This document shows positions 1-10,183 of a DNA stretch of 46,927 nucleotides, piece by piece. Source of the DNA: Chromera velia (Eukaryota); the NCBI GenBank assembly GCA_018398765.1, contig JAHBMJ010000511.1, positions 1-46,927 of the forward strand, written 5' to 3'. Positions within the stretch are counted from its first letter, which is position 1, and every line of letters begins with the position of its first letter. Under the pieces are notes generated by a model. The model was not told the DNA's origin, made no database searches, and saw nothing but the letters and a program-made list of their open reading frames with translations. A program made the translations under genes and the position numbers.

Positions 1-1010
1 GTCCTGGAGGTCGCCTTCGAGGCGCTCGCTCACGCCGGGCACCCTCGTGACTCCCTTCGCGGTTCCGCCACGGGTGTGTATATCGGCTGTATGGGCAACG
101 ATTGGGCAGTGACAGACTTGGAAGGGAAGGGAAGCGCCCTTGCCACCACCGGCACTGCCCATTCAATTCTCTCCAACCGCGTCTCGTTCGCCTTTGGAGT
201 GAAAGGTCCCTCAATGACGGTCGATACGGCATGCTCGTCGTCCCTTGTTGCACTAGACATGGGACTGCAGCATCTGCGCAACGGAGCCTGCTCTTGCTCT
301 TTGGTCGGGGGTGTCAACCTGCTATTGAGTCCCTACATGTTTGTGGGGACTTGCAGGGCTCGTATGCTCTCTCCTGATGGGCGCTGCAAGACGTTCGACG
401 CAGGGGCGAACGGGTACGCCCGTGGAGAGGGGGCGGGAGTGGTGGTTCTTCAACCGTTGTCTGAGGCGAGGAGGGAGAAGAAGCCGGTGTTCGCGGTGGT
501 GCGGGGGTCAGCTGTCAATCACGACGGGCGGTCGGCGTCGCTGACGGCGCCTAACGGTCCCTCACAGCAGGAGGTGATCCACTCGGCCTTGCGGGACGGG
601 TGTGTGAGGGCGTCGGAGGTGTGCTTTGTGGAGGCGCACGGGACGGGGACGGCTCTGGGGGACCCGATCGAGGTCGGGGCTCTGAAGGCCGTGTACGGTG
701 AGGGGCGGGGGGCGGAGAGGCCGTTGGTGGTGGGTGCGTTGAAGACGAACTTCGGGCACCTGGAGGGCGCTGCAGGTATTGCGGGGTTCATCAAGCTGGT
801 TCTGGTGCTGCAACACCGCACCGCGCCCCCGAACCTGCACCTGAAGACGGTGAACCCGCACTTGGACCTCGACGGCTTCCCTGTTCTCTTCCCCTCAGAG
901 CCGATGCAAATCGTTAGTGATGCGTCGGGGAGAAGAAAAAGCGGAAGGCCCATAGGGGCTGTGTCTTCCTTCGGGTTTGGAGGGGCAAACGCTCATGTAG
1001 TTGTGCAGGC
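1..1010 (+). other. Ketosynthase (KS) domain, catalytic triad intact
   Basis: DTACSSS (Cys codon 232-234), [33 protein letters not shown]. Confidence 0.97.
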
Positions 1011-4000
1011 AGGGGAGGACTCGATTCCAGTAGGTTACTCGCCTGATGAGCCTGTCGAGTGGCCAACTGTCGAATCCCCACGCCTGCGCAAGGTGGCATT
1101 CTTCTTCACCGGGCAGGGCTCTCAATTTGTGGGTATGTGCAAGGGACTGTACGAGAGCGAGGAGGTGTTCCGCGAGTCCATCGACTACTGCGAGGGCGTG
1201 CTGAGAGACCGTGCGTCCCTTGATCTGCCTCTCACCAGTCTCCTCTTCCCCGCCTCCGCTGAGGAGGAGAAGGCGGCAGAAGGGAAGATTCACCAGACCC
1301 AGTACGCACAGCCGGCTCTTTTTGCCGTCGAGTTCGCTCTGTTAGAGCTGTGGAGGTCGAAGGGGGTGGAGCCTGATGTGGTGATGGGTCACAGCCTGGG
1401 TGAGTACGGTGCGGCAGTCGCGAGCGGCGTGATGTCGGTAGAGGACGGGCTGTGTCTGGTCGCTCAACGCGCGCGTTTCATGCAGGAGGCTCCTGCAAAT
1501 GACGGTGTAATGGCAGCCTGCCGTTCCAGTGAAGAGGAGGTGCTTAAGGCGATTGAGGCCGCCCAGAAGAAGGGCGAGGAGGTGGAGGGCGTCGCTGTCG
1601 CTGCTGTGAACGGGCCGCGGTCTGTCGTAGTGTCTGGTCCTCGGGCGGGTGTGGAGGCGGTGCTGTCAGGTATGGGTCTCGGGGGGCGTGCAAAGTTTCT
1701 GTCCGTCTCCCACGCCTTCCACTCCCCTCTGATACACTCTGTGCGTGGTCGGTTTGCACCTGTCCTGTCAGAAATGATCAGTCGAAATGGCCTAGCGGCT
1801 CCTCGTGAGGGTGTGCAGTTGGTGTCCACAGTGACGGGGTGTGTGGCATCGTCGAGAGATTTGACGTCTGCTGAGCACTGGCTGTCGCAGATTGAAAGGC
1901 CAGTGCGGTTTGCAGATGCAGTGCGTCAGTGTGTGGAGGGCCTTGGCTGTTCCGTTATTGTGGAGATCGGCCCGCAGCCGGTGCTCGTGAAGATGGGAAG
2001 GCAGTGCGTGTCCTCTGGCACGTCAGGAGAGACTCCGGTCACGTGGCTGTCTTCTGCAGTAGAATGTGCCAAAGAGACAGAGAGTAGTGCCTTTGCGGAG
2101 GCTCTTTCAGAGCTTCGCAAGCTCTCTCCTTGCCAAGGTTTTCTCTCTTCTCCAGAGATCAACGAAGAAGCCCTCGTCATCACTGCAGCACAAGCGGCTG
2201 TCAACCGTTGGACGCACCGGTCGTTCCCCTTTTCAGCCCTGTCCCACCCCTTTGTTGGGAGAATGAGGAGGGCAGCAGGGGGCATTCGAGAGTTCGAGTG
2301 CACACTGAGGAGAGACGTGCGTCGGCTGATTGAGGACCACAAAGTGAAGGGTGCTGCGTTGATGCCTGGGGTGGGGTTCCTCGAGATGATCAGCGCCTGC
2401 GTTGCTGTGGATCGGATACCTGAGCATGTGGGGTTGGAGAAGCGAAGCTCAGGGGTGCCGTCGGCTGTCGTGAGTCTCGTCAATGTGGAGTTTGAACAGC
2501 CGTTGATTCTCTCTCCTCAAGAAGACCGAGAGCAAGGGAAGAGGACGGTGAAAATGACACTTGATGGCGAAAATGTGGTCACTGTTTCTTCTCGTCCTGG
2601 TCTTCCGGGTGAAGAGGAGAAAGAGGAAGAGTGGGAGGACCACTGTCGTTGTTTTTTCAGCCCCTCCGCGTATGATTCTCAGGAAGGGGGCTTCGAAGTG
2701 TCTCACGTGGATGTACCTGAATTCCGTTCTTCTTTCCGTAAGGCAGAGGAATTTAATGTCGAAGAGAATTATGCCGCTGCGGCACGTCTCGGCCTCTCGT
2801 ACGGCCCTCGATTCAGAGCTCTAGACGCGATGTTCAGGCACAAGGAAGGGGCTCAGGAGGGCTTGGCTTTGCTCCGCCTGCCGCACAGTGCCGCCGCCGA
2901 GGAGCTTGATCGCTCCTTCAGAATTCATCCTGCTCTCTTTGACGCTGCCCTCCAAGCTGCGGGAGCAACTGCCCTGCTGTCAGAGAAAGAGCAAGGCAAC
3001 AGAGGGAAACAGGTGATGGTCCCTGTAGGTGCAGAGAGAGTGACACTCGGGTGTCTGAATGAAGGGGCAGAAAAGGAAAGTGGAGAGGAGGCGTGGGCGC
3101 ACGTCCGTCTGCTCCGCAGTTCTTCCTCAAAGGCGTCTTTTGACGTCCGCCTCTTCGCGCCAGATGGCCGCGTGGTTGCTGAGGTCTTCGGTCTGCAGGT
3201 GCGACCCATAGACCTCTCCCGCCCGGCAGTTTCGATTCCTCGGGAGTTGATGTGGGAGACAAAGTGGACAAAAGTCACTGGGGTAGAGGAAGGGGAGGGT
3301 GAGGGCAGGGACTCCATCAGGCAGGCCCCCCGCCTGCTCCTCGGTGTCCCGACTCAGGCATCGGAAGAGCTACAGCGCCTCTTCCCCGCCTCAAAGGTAG
3401 TCGTGGCCGGCAGCGTTCCCGAGAGGGCAGAGCTTGTCGAGCTCCTGAGGAGTGTAGAGTGGGCGGAAGTTCTGTTCCTGAGTTTTCTTCACCCGTCTCC
3501 AGCTGAGGGTGCGCGCCTCGGTGATGAGGCTGTTGCAGTCCTGTGGGAAGGCATCCGACTGCTACAGGCCGTCTCACCGTCCCATTGGCCGACAGATGCG
3601 CCACGCCCCTCAGTGATCCGATTCGTTACTTCGACAACCGACTTTTTCGGCACCATGGGTGATGGTACAACAGCTGATGCCGGCTGTGGCTTCCCCGTGC
3701 ATGGCGGTGTGCTGGGTCTTGCTCGCTCTGCTGCGTTGGAATTGCAAATGGTCCGTGTAAAGGTCGGAACTGCTGTCGTCGACATTTCGTCAGGAATTCC
3801 GACGGCAGTGGCAGACGTGGTTCGTCTGACGGCCGGAAAGGGGGGAGAAAAATTTGAGAGCGAGGTTCTTGTGCAGGGAGGGGAGATGATGGTGCTCCGC
3901 CTTGCAAAAAGCAGCTTGGCTGTCAGAGGCCCCGTAGAAATTCACGGTTCCCTTGGAGAGTCTTCGACAGGGACAGAAACGCAGACAAAGGCGTTGTCAC

Positions 4001-7000
4001 TCAGAGCACGGGCACAGGCGGTGTCGGAGGTTCGGGCGTTGGATCTGCGGAGGGACCTCCTGGAGGTTCGCGTGCGCGCTGTGTGTGTGAGCTCGCGGGA
4101 CGTTGCACTTGTGTCTGAGGGGTCGGAAGAAAACGAAGGTGGGTGAGTGAATGGATGAATATGTGATACAGGGAGAAGGTGGGAAAGGATAGATGCGGGA
4201 AAGGGTGGGATGTTCAAGAAAGTAGGAGTCGTTCCTTTAGTCGGTCGGGCAGAGACAAAAGAGACTGGTTCCTTTTCCATTTCTCTGTGACTCTGTTGGC
4301 TCCCCTTTGCTTTGACTTCATTTCATGACTAATCGAATCCGCTGTCTTTTGCGTTCTTTCTTTCTGTGTCAGGAGGGTCGATGAGTGCGTTTGCGGGGAC
4401 GGTGACGCGTGTGGGCACAGATGTGACGGGCGTCAGTGTGGGNTGAGGCTGTCGGGGGGTGCACGTACATCGTGACGGGAGGTTTGGGGGGTCTGGGTCT
4501 GGTGGTCGCGAACTGGCTGCTGGACGAGGGAGCGAAGCGGCTGGGGCTGGTGTCCCGTCGGTCGGCTCCNNNNNNNNNNNNNNNNNNNNNNNNNNNNNNN
4601 NNNNNNNNNNNNNNNNNNNNNNNNNNNNNNNNNNNNNNNNNNNNNNNNNNNNNNNNNNNNNNNNNNNNNNNNNNNNNNNNNNNNNNNNNNNNNNNNNNNN
4701 NNNNNNNNNNNNNNNNNNNNNNNNNNNNNNNNNNNNNNNNNNNNNNNNNNNNNNNNNNNNNNNNNNNNNNNNNNNNNNNNNNNNNNNNNNNNNNNNNNNN
4801 NNNNNNNNNNNNNNNNNNNNNNNNNNNNNNNNNNNNNNNNNNNNTTATGCGCCTGATGCGTGCGTCAGCAGAGTCGGGGGGGAGAGTGCAGGTGGAGGTG
4901 CGGGCGTGCGACGTGTCGGTGGCAGAGAACTGCGAAAGGCTCCTGCAAAGCGTCGTGAGTGACGCGGATGAAAATGGACAGACTGTAGGAGGAAGATGCG
5001 TTGGGCGTTTTGGCATCGTGCACTCTGCGGGGGTGCTTGCGGATGCGCAGCTGAAGGACCAGAGAGAGGAGAGCGTCCGCCGGGTGTTTGCCTCAAAGGT
5101 TGGTTTGTGAGGGGCGAGGGGAAGGGGGAAGGGGGGATTTCTGGTGTCGGCAGCGGGCGGGAAGAAAGACTGTCAAGTGCATTTGCATCGACATGTGCGA
5201 TTGTGCGCCTGTGTATGTGCAGGTCTTGGGTGGATGGAACCTCCACAGAGCGCTGCAGCGTGAGGGTGCGGGTCTGGAGGAGAGGCTGGAGACGTTTGTG
5301 TTGTTCTCGTCGGTGGCGTCCCTGTTCGGTAACTTCGGACAGGCGAACTACGCGGCTGCGAACGCTGCTCTGGACTCTCTGGCGACGTTCCGGCAGCAGC
5401 GGGGACTGCGGGCGGTGAGCATCCAGTGGGGCCCGTGGGAAGAGCAGGGCATGGCTGCGGGTTTGCGCGACAAGTATCGGCTGGCGGGGTTTGTCGGGAT
5501 CAGCAACGACCTCGGTCTTCGCGTGCTGGGAGAGGCCATGCGAGCGTCCCTGTCGTCCTCCTCTCTCCCTGCGCCTGCCCCTGCAGTGGTTGGGTGTCAG
5601 CAGGTGAAGTGGGCTGCGTTTCTGCAGAGATATGACGACGTGCCTCCGTTCTTTGATGCCGTGCCAAAGTCCACGAAGGCGAAGGGAGGGTCCGCCGTCT
5701 CGTCTGAGCTGCTATCGATGTCGAGAGAGGAGCTGCGGGCATATGTGAGCGACGTGGCACTGAAGACGGCCAGCCAGGTCCTGGGCAGCTCTGCATCTGA
5801 GCTTTCCTCCATGGACACGCCTTTGCAGGAGTTAGGCATCGATTCCCTTGGGGCAGTGGAGCTTCGGAACGACCTGCAGACGAAGCTGGGCGTGCGTCTG
5901 CCTGCCACGGTGATGTTTGAGCACCCGACGCTGGGTGGATTGATTGAGTGCATCTGTGGTCTGATCGGTGGGGGGAGGTCTGGAGAGGGGGGGGACAAGA
6001 GAGACGGGGTAGATAGAGAGAGAGAGTCACTGGTCTCGTCTCTAGGGCTTGAAGAGGCCCGAAGGAGGGGAAGGGAGACGGGAGTCCTCCACCCCCTCGA
6101 CGACATAGAGGCCCTCTGCAGTCAGATCTCCTTCGACAGTTCTAGACTTCTTCCACCCACACCTGTGTGCCGTGTCCGGAACGTTCTTTTGACAGGGGTG
6201 ACGGGATTGGTCGGTAGGTTCCAGTTGAAGTCCCTCCTTGAACTCAAACACATGCCCACACTGCGCGTCCACTGCCTTGTCAGAGCTCCAGACGGAGAGA
6301 GTGCCCTCGATCGTGTGAAGACGGCAATGAGGGAAGCGGGTATTTGGAAGCCGAGCTACGCCTTCCGTATCGTCCCCCTTCCCGGAGATTTGTCTCGCGA
6401 GAATTTGGGGCTGAGTGCAGACCGCTTCAGGCTCCTGTACCGGGAGATTGATATCGTCTATCACACAGGAGCAGACGTGAGTCTCATCGGAGACTACGCG
6501 CGGCTCCGAGTACCCAACCTCCTTCCTACACAGACGGTGGTCGGGCTCTGCACCACACACCGTCTCAAACCCCTACACTTCGTCTCCACCCTGGCCCTCT
6601 GGCCAGCGTTCTTCGCCTTCTTCAGCAAAGAGTTCACAGGCCGTGTGCTCCCGGAGGACGGGTCCGTACCCGACCCCGAGGAGATGCAGAAGCACTTCCC
6701 CCCCCAGATGGTCAGATATCCGTGGTCGAAAATGGGGGCAGAGATGATTGTGAAGAAGGCAAAGACTCTCGGGCTTCCCGTTGCTGTCTACAGACTTCCG
6801 AGTCTCTACGTAGCTTGGGAAACTGGATACACCAACACGAGCAAGGGCGACTACGTCTCTGCCCTGACCATCGCGACCATGCAGGAGGGTTGCTTCCCGA
6901 AGGCAGTCAACACCGCTCCATTCACTCCTGTGGACACGATCGCTCAGATGATTGTCAGTCAATCAGCTAGCGTCTCAAGTTTTTGTCCACCAACTTTCAT

Positions 7001-9611
7001 TCAACTTGTATGTTGGGCTCCCACCGAAAAAGAATGGACACCACCCAATGCTGTGCGAGACTGAAAGTAGCCTGCCCATGCATCCATCAAGTCGTCCATG
7101 ATATACGATGCTTTGCAGTCTGCATGCATGTCAGGCGGACGGATCGAGGCCTTTCCCTTCTCATTGTCACGCTGTGGAAGTTCCATTTTTGTTTTCACTC
7201 CTCCCTTCATTTCCATTCACCTCGTCCGTTCTTCTTCCTTTGGTTGTGCAGGTGGAGGCGTCGCTACTGGAGAGAAGGAAGCACTGGTTCTATCATCTGA
7301 TGAACACACGCACAACCACCCAGTCAGTAGCTCTCTGCAGTTCAAGTACTTATCCAGTAGAACAAGGCTGTCCGTACGGGCTTGGAAAGAAGAGATGCAG
7401 TTCAAGAAGAAAAGAGGGCTTGACTTTGGATCGTTTTTGCTTGAGAAGATGCAACAACAGCTGTTCTGCGAGGCTCATCTTCAAAGTTGTTTTGGGTCGA
7501 AAGCTGTCTCTCTTTTTGTGCTTTTTCGCATTATGTTTGAGGTGCAGAGACGAACAAGAACGGTGGGCGGCTAGCCTTGGAATCTCTTTCAAGGGCGTCT
7601 CCTTCGAGGAATTCGAGAAGACCATCGAGGCCAGGGGAGGGGAGTCGCCTCTGTTGAAGTTCCTCCCTCTCATGCATGTGCGTGCGTCAGTCAACCTGTC
7701 ACCCATTTTGTTTCTCCCTTTCTTCCGTCTCCACCGACCGTCCTCTTTGTCTTCGCTGGCACATGCGCACAGGTTAGAACAGACAGACAGAGTGACAGAC
7801 AGGCAGACAGACGGACAGACAGACAGACAGACAGAAAGAAAGAAAGAAAGAAAGAGGGAGAGAGATAGAGAGAGCAAGAGACAGAAAGACAGAGGAAGAG
7901 CTGGGTGCCCTTGTTTCTCTTATGGGAGGTTCCCTTCCCCTCTTCTTTTACTTCGATCGATGTGCATCTCCCTCCCTCCCCCTCCCTTTGGGGGCTTCCA
8001 TCACTTGTTTAGGAAATGTGGCTTTTGTCCGCGTGTTCGTGCAGCACTGGCGGCGTTACTGGTATGACGTCGACAAGGAGACAGAAGAGAGGAGAGGCCC
8101 CTTCCCGATCAGAACAGAGCACATCTTTGAAGACCTTCCTCACATGAGTTGGCCTCTGGGGGAAGACTTGCTCACTCGTTCCTTCCTTTTCTGCTGCGAA
8201 CGGGGACTGTACAAACCCCTCTCGCGCTCCGTACAGCTCGATCCTCAAGACATTCTGCAGAGTGCCACCATGTGTCTGGAAGAGAGAGCAGTGAAGAACC
8301 CGTCGATGCCTGCATGGGCAATCTCGCAGGGGCACGAGGCTTCTGCTCTCGAGACGGCTCTGGCCTCTCTGTGCGACTCTGCTTCCCGTCTCTGGAGGCC
8401 GACTGGCGAATCGACGGCCCCACAGAGGGGGGAAGCTTCGAAAGCGGGGTCTCAGGCGCAGAACGAGGCTTCTGCGCCCTCAAATTCTAGTAGTCTCGTG
8501 CCTGCTGCTCAGACAAAGACGCCTTTGCCCTTGTTGAGTTTGAACTTCCAGGGACGGTTCGCTCTTCTGTCCCGATGTCGGCAGATGGCTGTCAATTTAA
8601 TGTGGATGGCAGAGGCAGAGAGACGGCACCCAGAGATGAGAAACGTCAAGGTGGCGCCTCCCCTGGTGATCCTCTCGTGCTCCCGCGTGGCTGGTCAGAT
8701 GCTCCTGCGTCTCCTTGCTGAAGACCCCAGCAACTGCGCGCCTGCCTTCTGTGAGATGGCTGCCCCCTATGGCCATGACGGCTCCTTCCTTCAGACCCTG
8801 GAGAGGGTTGACGACCTGCGGGCAGTCTGTTCAGGTGTGGGGGGCTGGTCCTTTGGGCACCGTGAAGGGGAGACTTCAAGAGACCCTAGGGTGAGATTTG
8901 CTCGCGAGCAGCTTGCCTTCATCCACGGCCGTTCGCCTTCGGGGGATGCGAATCCTGCCGAGTGGCAGCGTCTGGGTCTGTTTGGGGCCTCTCTCGCAGA
9001 TGAGGATTCGTTGATCCTCGAACATTCGTTGAGGTCCCTCTCGTTTGCTTTCGGGTTTTCTGTCCCAGATTATCGAGAGTGGCTGTCTGCAGAGGGGTAT
9101 GCAGAAATGAGGGAGGCCTACAGAGTCCACAGGAGGTTCTTGCAACACCTCCAATGGCAGAGAGAACGGAGGTGGAGGGTGACGGTTGGAGGGAAGATGG
9201 GGGACAGAAATTTGCGGCACGGACAGAAGAGGGCCTCTCTGTCCCTATTCAGACGCGGTCCCCGTGCCTTCTCGTCACCCAAGGGGGGGCGGTCGAGCGC
9301 GCAGGACGCCAGCCCTCGTGCGTGGATTCTGCACAGCTCCCTCCACGCGCCCGCCCTCGACTCTCTTCTGACTGAATACCCGGATGCACGGGTGGTCTGC
9401 ATTCACAGGTTGGTCGGTTGGCGGGTGGGTTCCTTAGGTCGTCTGGTGGCTGGTTGGTGCACACATCCGTTGAGTTGAGAGCCTCTTTGCTTGCTCCCCA
9501 TTCTGGTGTTCGACGACTCCAGGTTGCAACGGACCAAAAGAGCAAACGTGCAAGGGTCGCGAGATCATGCGTGAATTCCACGGCCTCTCTCTGCCTCTCT
9601 TTCTGTCTCTG

Positions 9612-9684
<73 letters not shown>

Positions 9685-10183
9685 GGAGGCGGAGAAGGAG
9701 GTAGGTCAATGGGCCGAGGCGGCGGCAGGAATTCGGCAGAGATTCTTTGAGGGCCCCGGCACTGACCCTTCGGTAGTGGGCCCCGAGATGCTGGACAACC
9801 TCCGGTCGATGTGCGAATCTGTGCAGACCTTCGGCCGTGGCTGCACAGTCGAGAGAGGAAGAGGGGAACCTCAGGGGAGGGGACGAGAAAGAAGTCTTTT
9901 CCACGTTCAATTTGACGATTTGACCAGAAACCCTGTTGGTGTCGTTGAGCGTCTGTACCGACAGACCGGCTTCGATCTCACCCGGGAGGCACGACGGCGC
10001 ATGTGGGATCTGGTAAACGATCTGAAGCCTGTGCGAAACGAAATTTTGAATTTAAAGGGAACGGGAAGCAACTCGTCAGATCTTCAGGAGAGGTACGGTG
10101 TGTCCCTTCCAGAGGCTTCGGCTTGCTCGTTTGATGAAGAAGAATTGTCAGGGGTGAGGGTGAGATGCCGTCAGGGGCGCTAG
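1..10183 (+). CDS. Modular type I polyketide/fatty-acid synthase, 3' part (5'-partial, spliced): KS-AT-DH-[ER]-KR-ACP-R-sulfotransferase-like
   Basis: Frame is open from base 1 ([13 protein letters not shown]...). Inferred exons: 1-4138, 4373-5098 (contains N gaps), 5223-6953, 7252-7322, 7548-7677, 8045-9408, 9685-10183(TAG). All introns are GT-AG with compatible phases. Junctions restore motifs, e.g. [13 protein letters not shown] in the KR and CIHR|EAE in the ST-like domain. Confidence 0.93.
1085..2070 (+). other. cis-acyltransferase (AT) domain, malonyl-type signature
   Basis: FTGQGSQ, AQPALF, GHSLG (Ser 1393-1395), AAVNGP, HAFH (1711-1722, the established malonyl-CoA signature), EIGP. 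Confidence 0.95.
2240..3220 (+). other. Dehydratase (DH) domain
   Basis: HPFVG start, [10 protein letters not shown] = HxxxGxxxxP (His 2338-2340), [18 protein letters not shown] (catalytic Asp). Boundaries approximate. Confidence 0.9.
4050..4442 (+). other. Enoylreductase N-terminal fragment, interrupted by an assembly break at 4443
   Basis: [17 protein letters not shown]...[intron 4139-4372]...[20 protein letters not shown] resembles the ER N-terminus (V..AAGLNFRD...AG.V.RVG.GV...VG). A single n follows, then KR sequence in another frame. Confidence 0.7.
4445..5460 (+). other. Ketoreductase (KR) catalytic domain (split by N gap and intron 5099-5222)
   Basis: [24 protein letters not shown] (LDD-like), [25 protein letters not shown]. 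Confidence 0.95.
4570..4844. other. Assembly gap (N run) inside the PKS KR exon; additional single n at 4443
   Basis: Run of n. Confidence 1.
5730..5960 (+). other. Acyl carrier protein (ACP) domain
   Basis: [17 protein letters not shown] (Ser 5844-5846)...[12 protein letters not shown]. Confidence 0.95.
6175..8220 (+). other. Thioester reductase (R, extended SDR) release domain across four exons
   Basis: [12 protein letters not shown] (NAD(P)H binding), HCLVRA, GDLS..NLGL, YHTGADV, HFVST, YPWSK (YxxSK, 6717-6731), YRLP, PVD. C-terminal boundary approximate. Confidence 0.9.
7780..7895. repeat. Intronic (AGAC)n/(AAAG)n/(AG)n microsatellite
   Basis: Seen directly in PKS intron 7678-8044. Confidence 0.9.
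8540..10030 (+). other. Sulfotransferase-fold domain (Sulfotransfer_3 / bacterial Stf-like) with degenerate PAPS motifs
   Basis: Ordered motifs HPEM...[27 protein letters not shown]...[66 protein letters not shown]. Confidence 0.8.
9620..9681. repeat. Compound (CT)n(GT)n microsatellite abutting a splice acceptor
   Basis: CT run then GT run ending at gcag (AG 9683-9684). Confidence 0.95.

Noticed and set aside
4143..4148. GTGAGT as the donor of PKS intron 1
   Set aside because: Better consensus, but it gives the wrong phase at the 4372 acceptor. GT at 4139 restores the ER-like frame.
30..4280. Numerous antisense and alternative-frame ORFs overlapping the PKS
   Set aside because: Shadow ORFs of a GC-rich coding sequence with no independent motifs.
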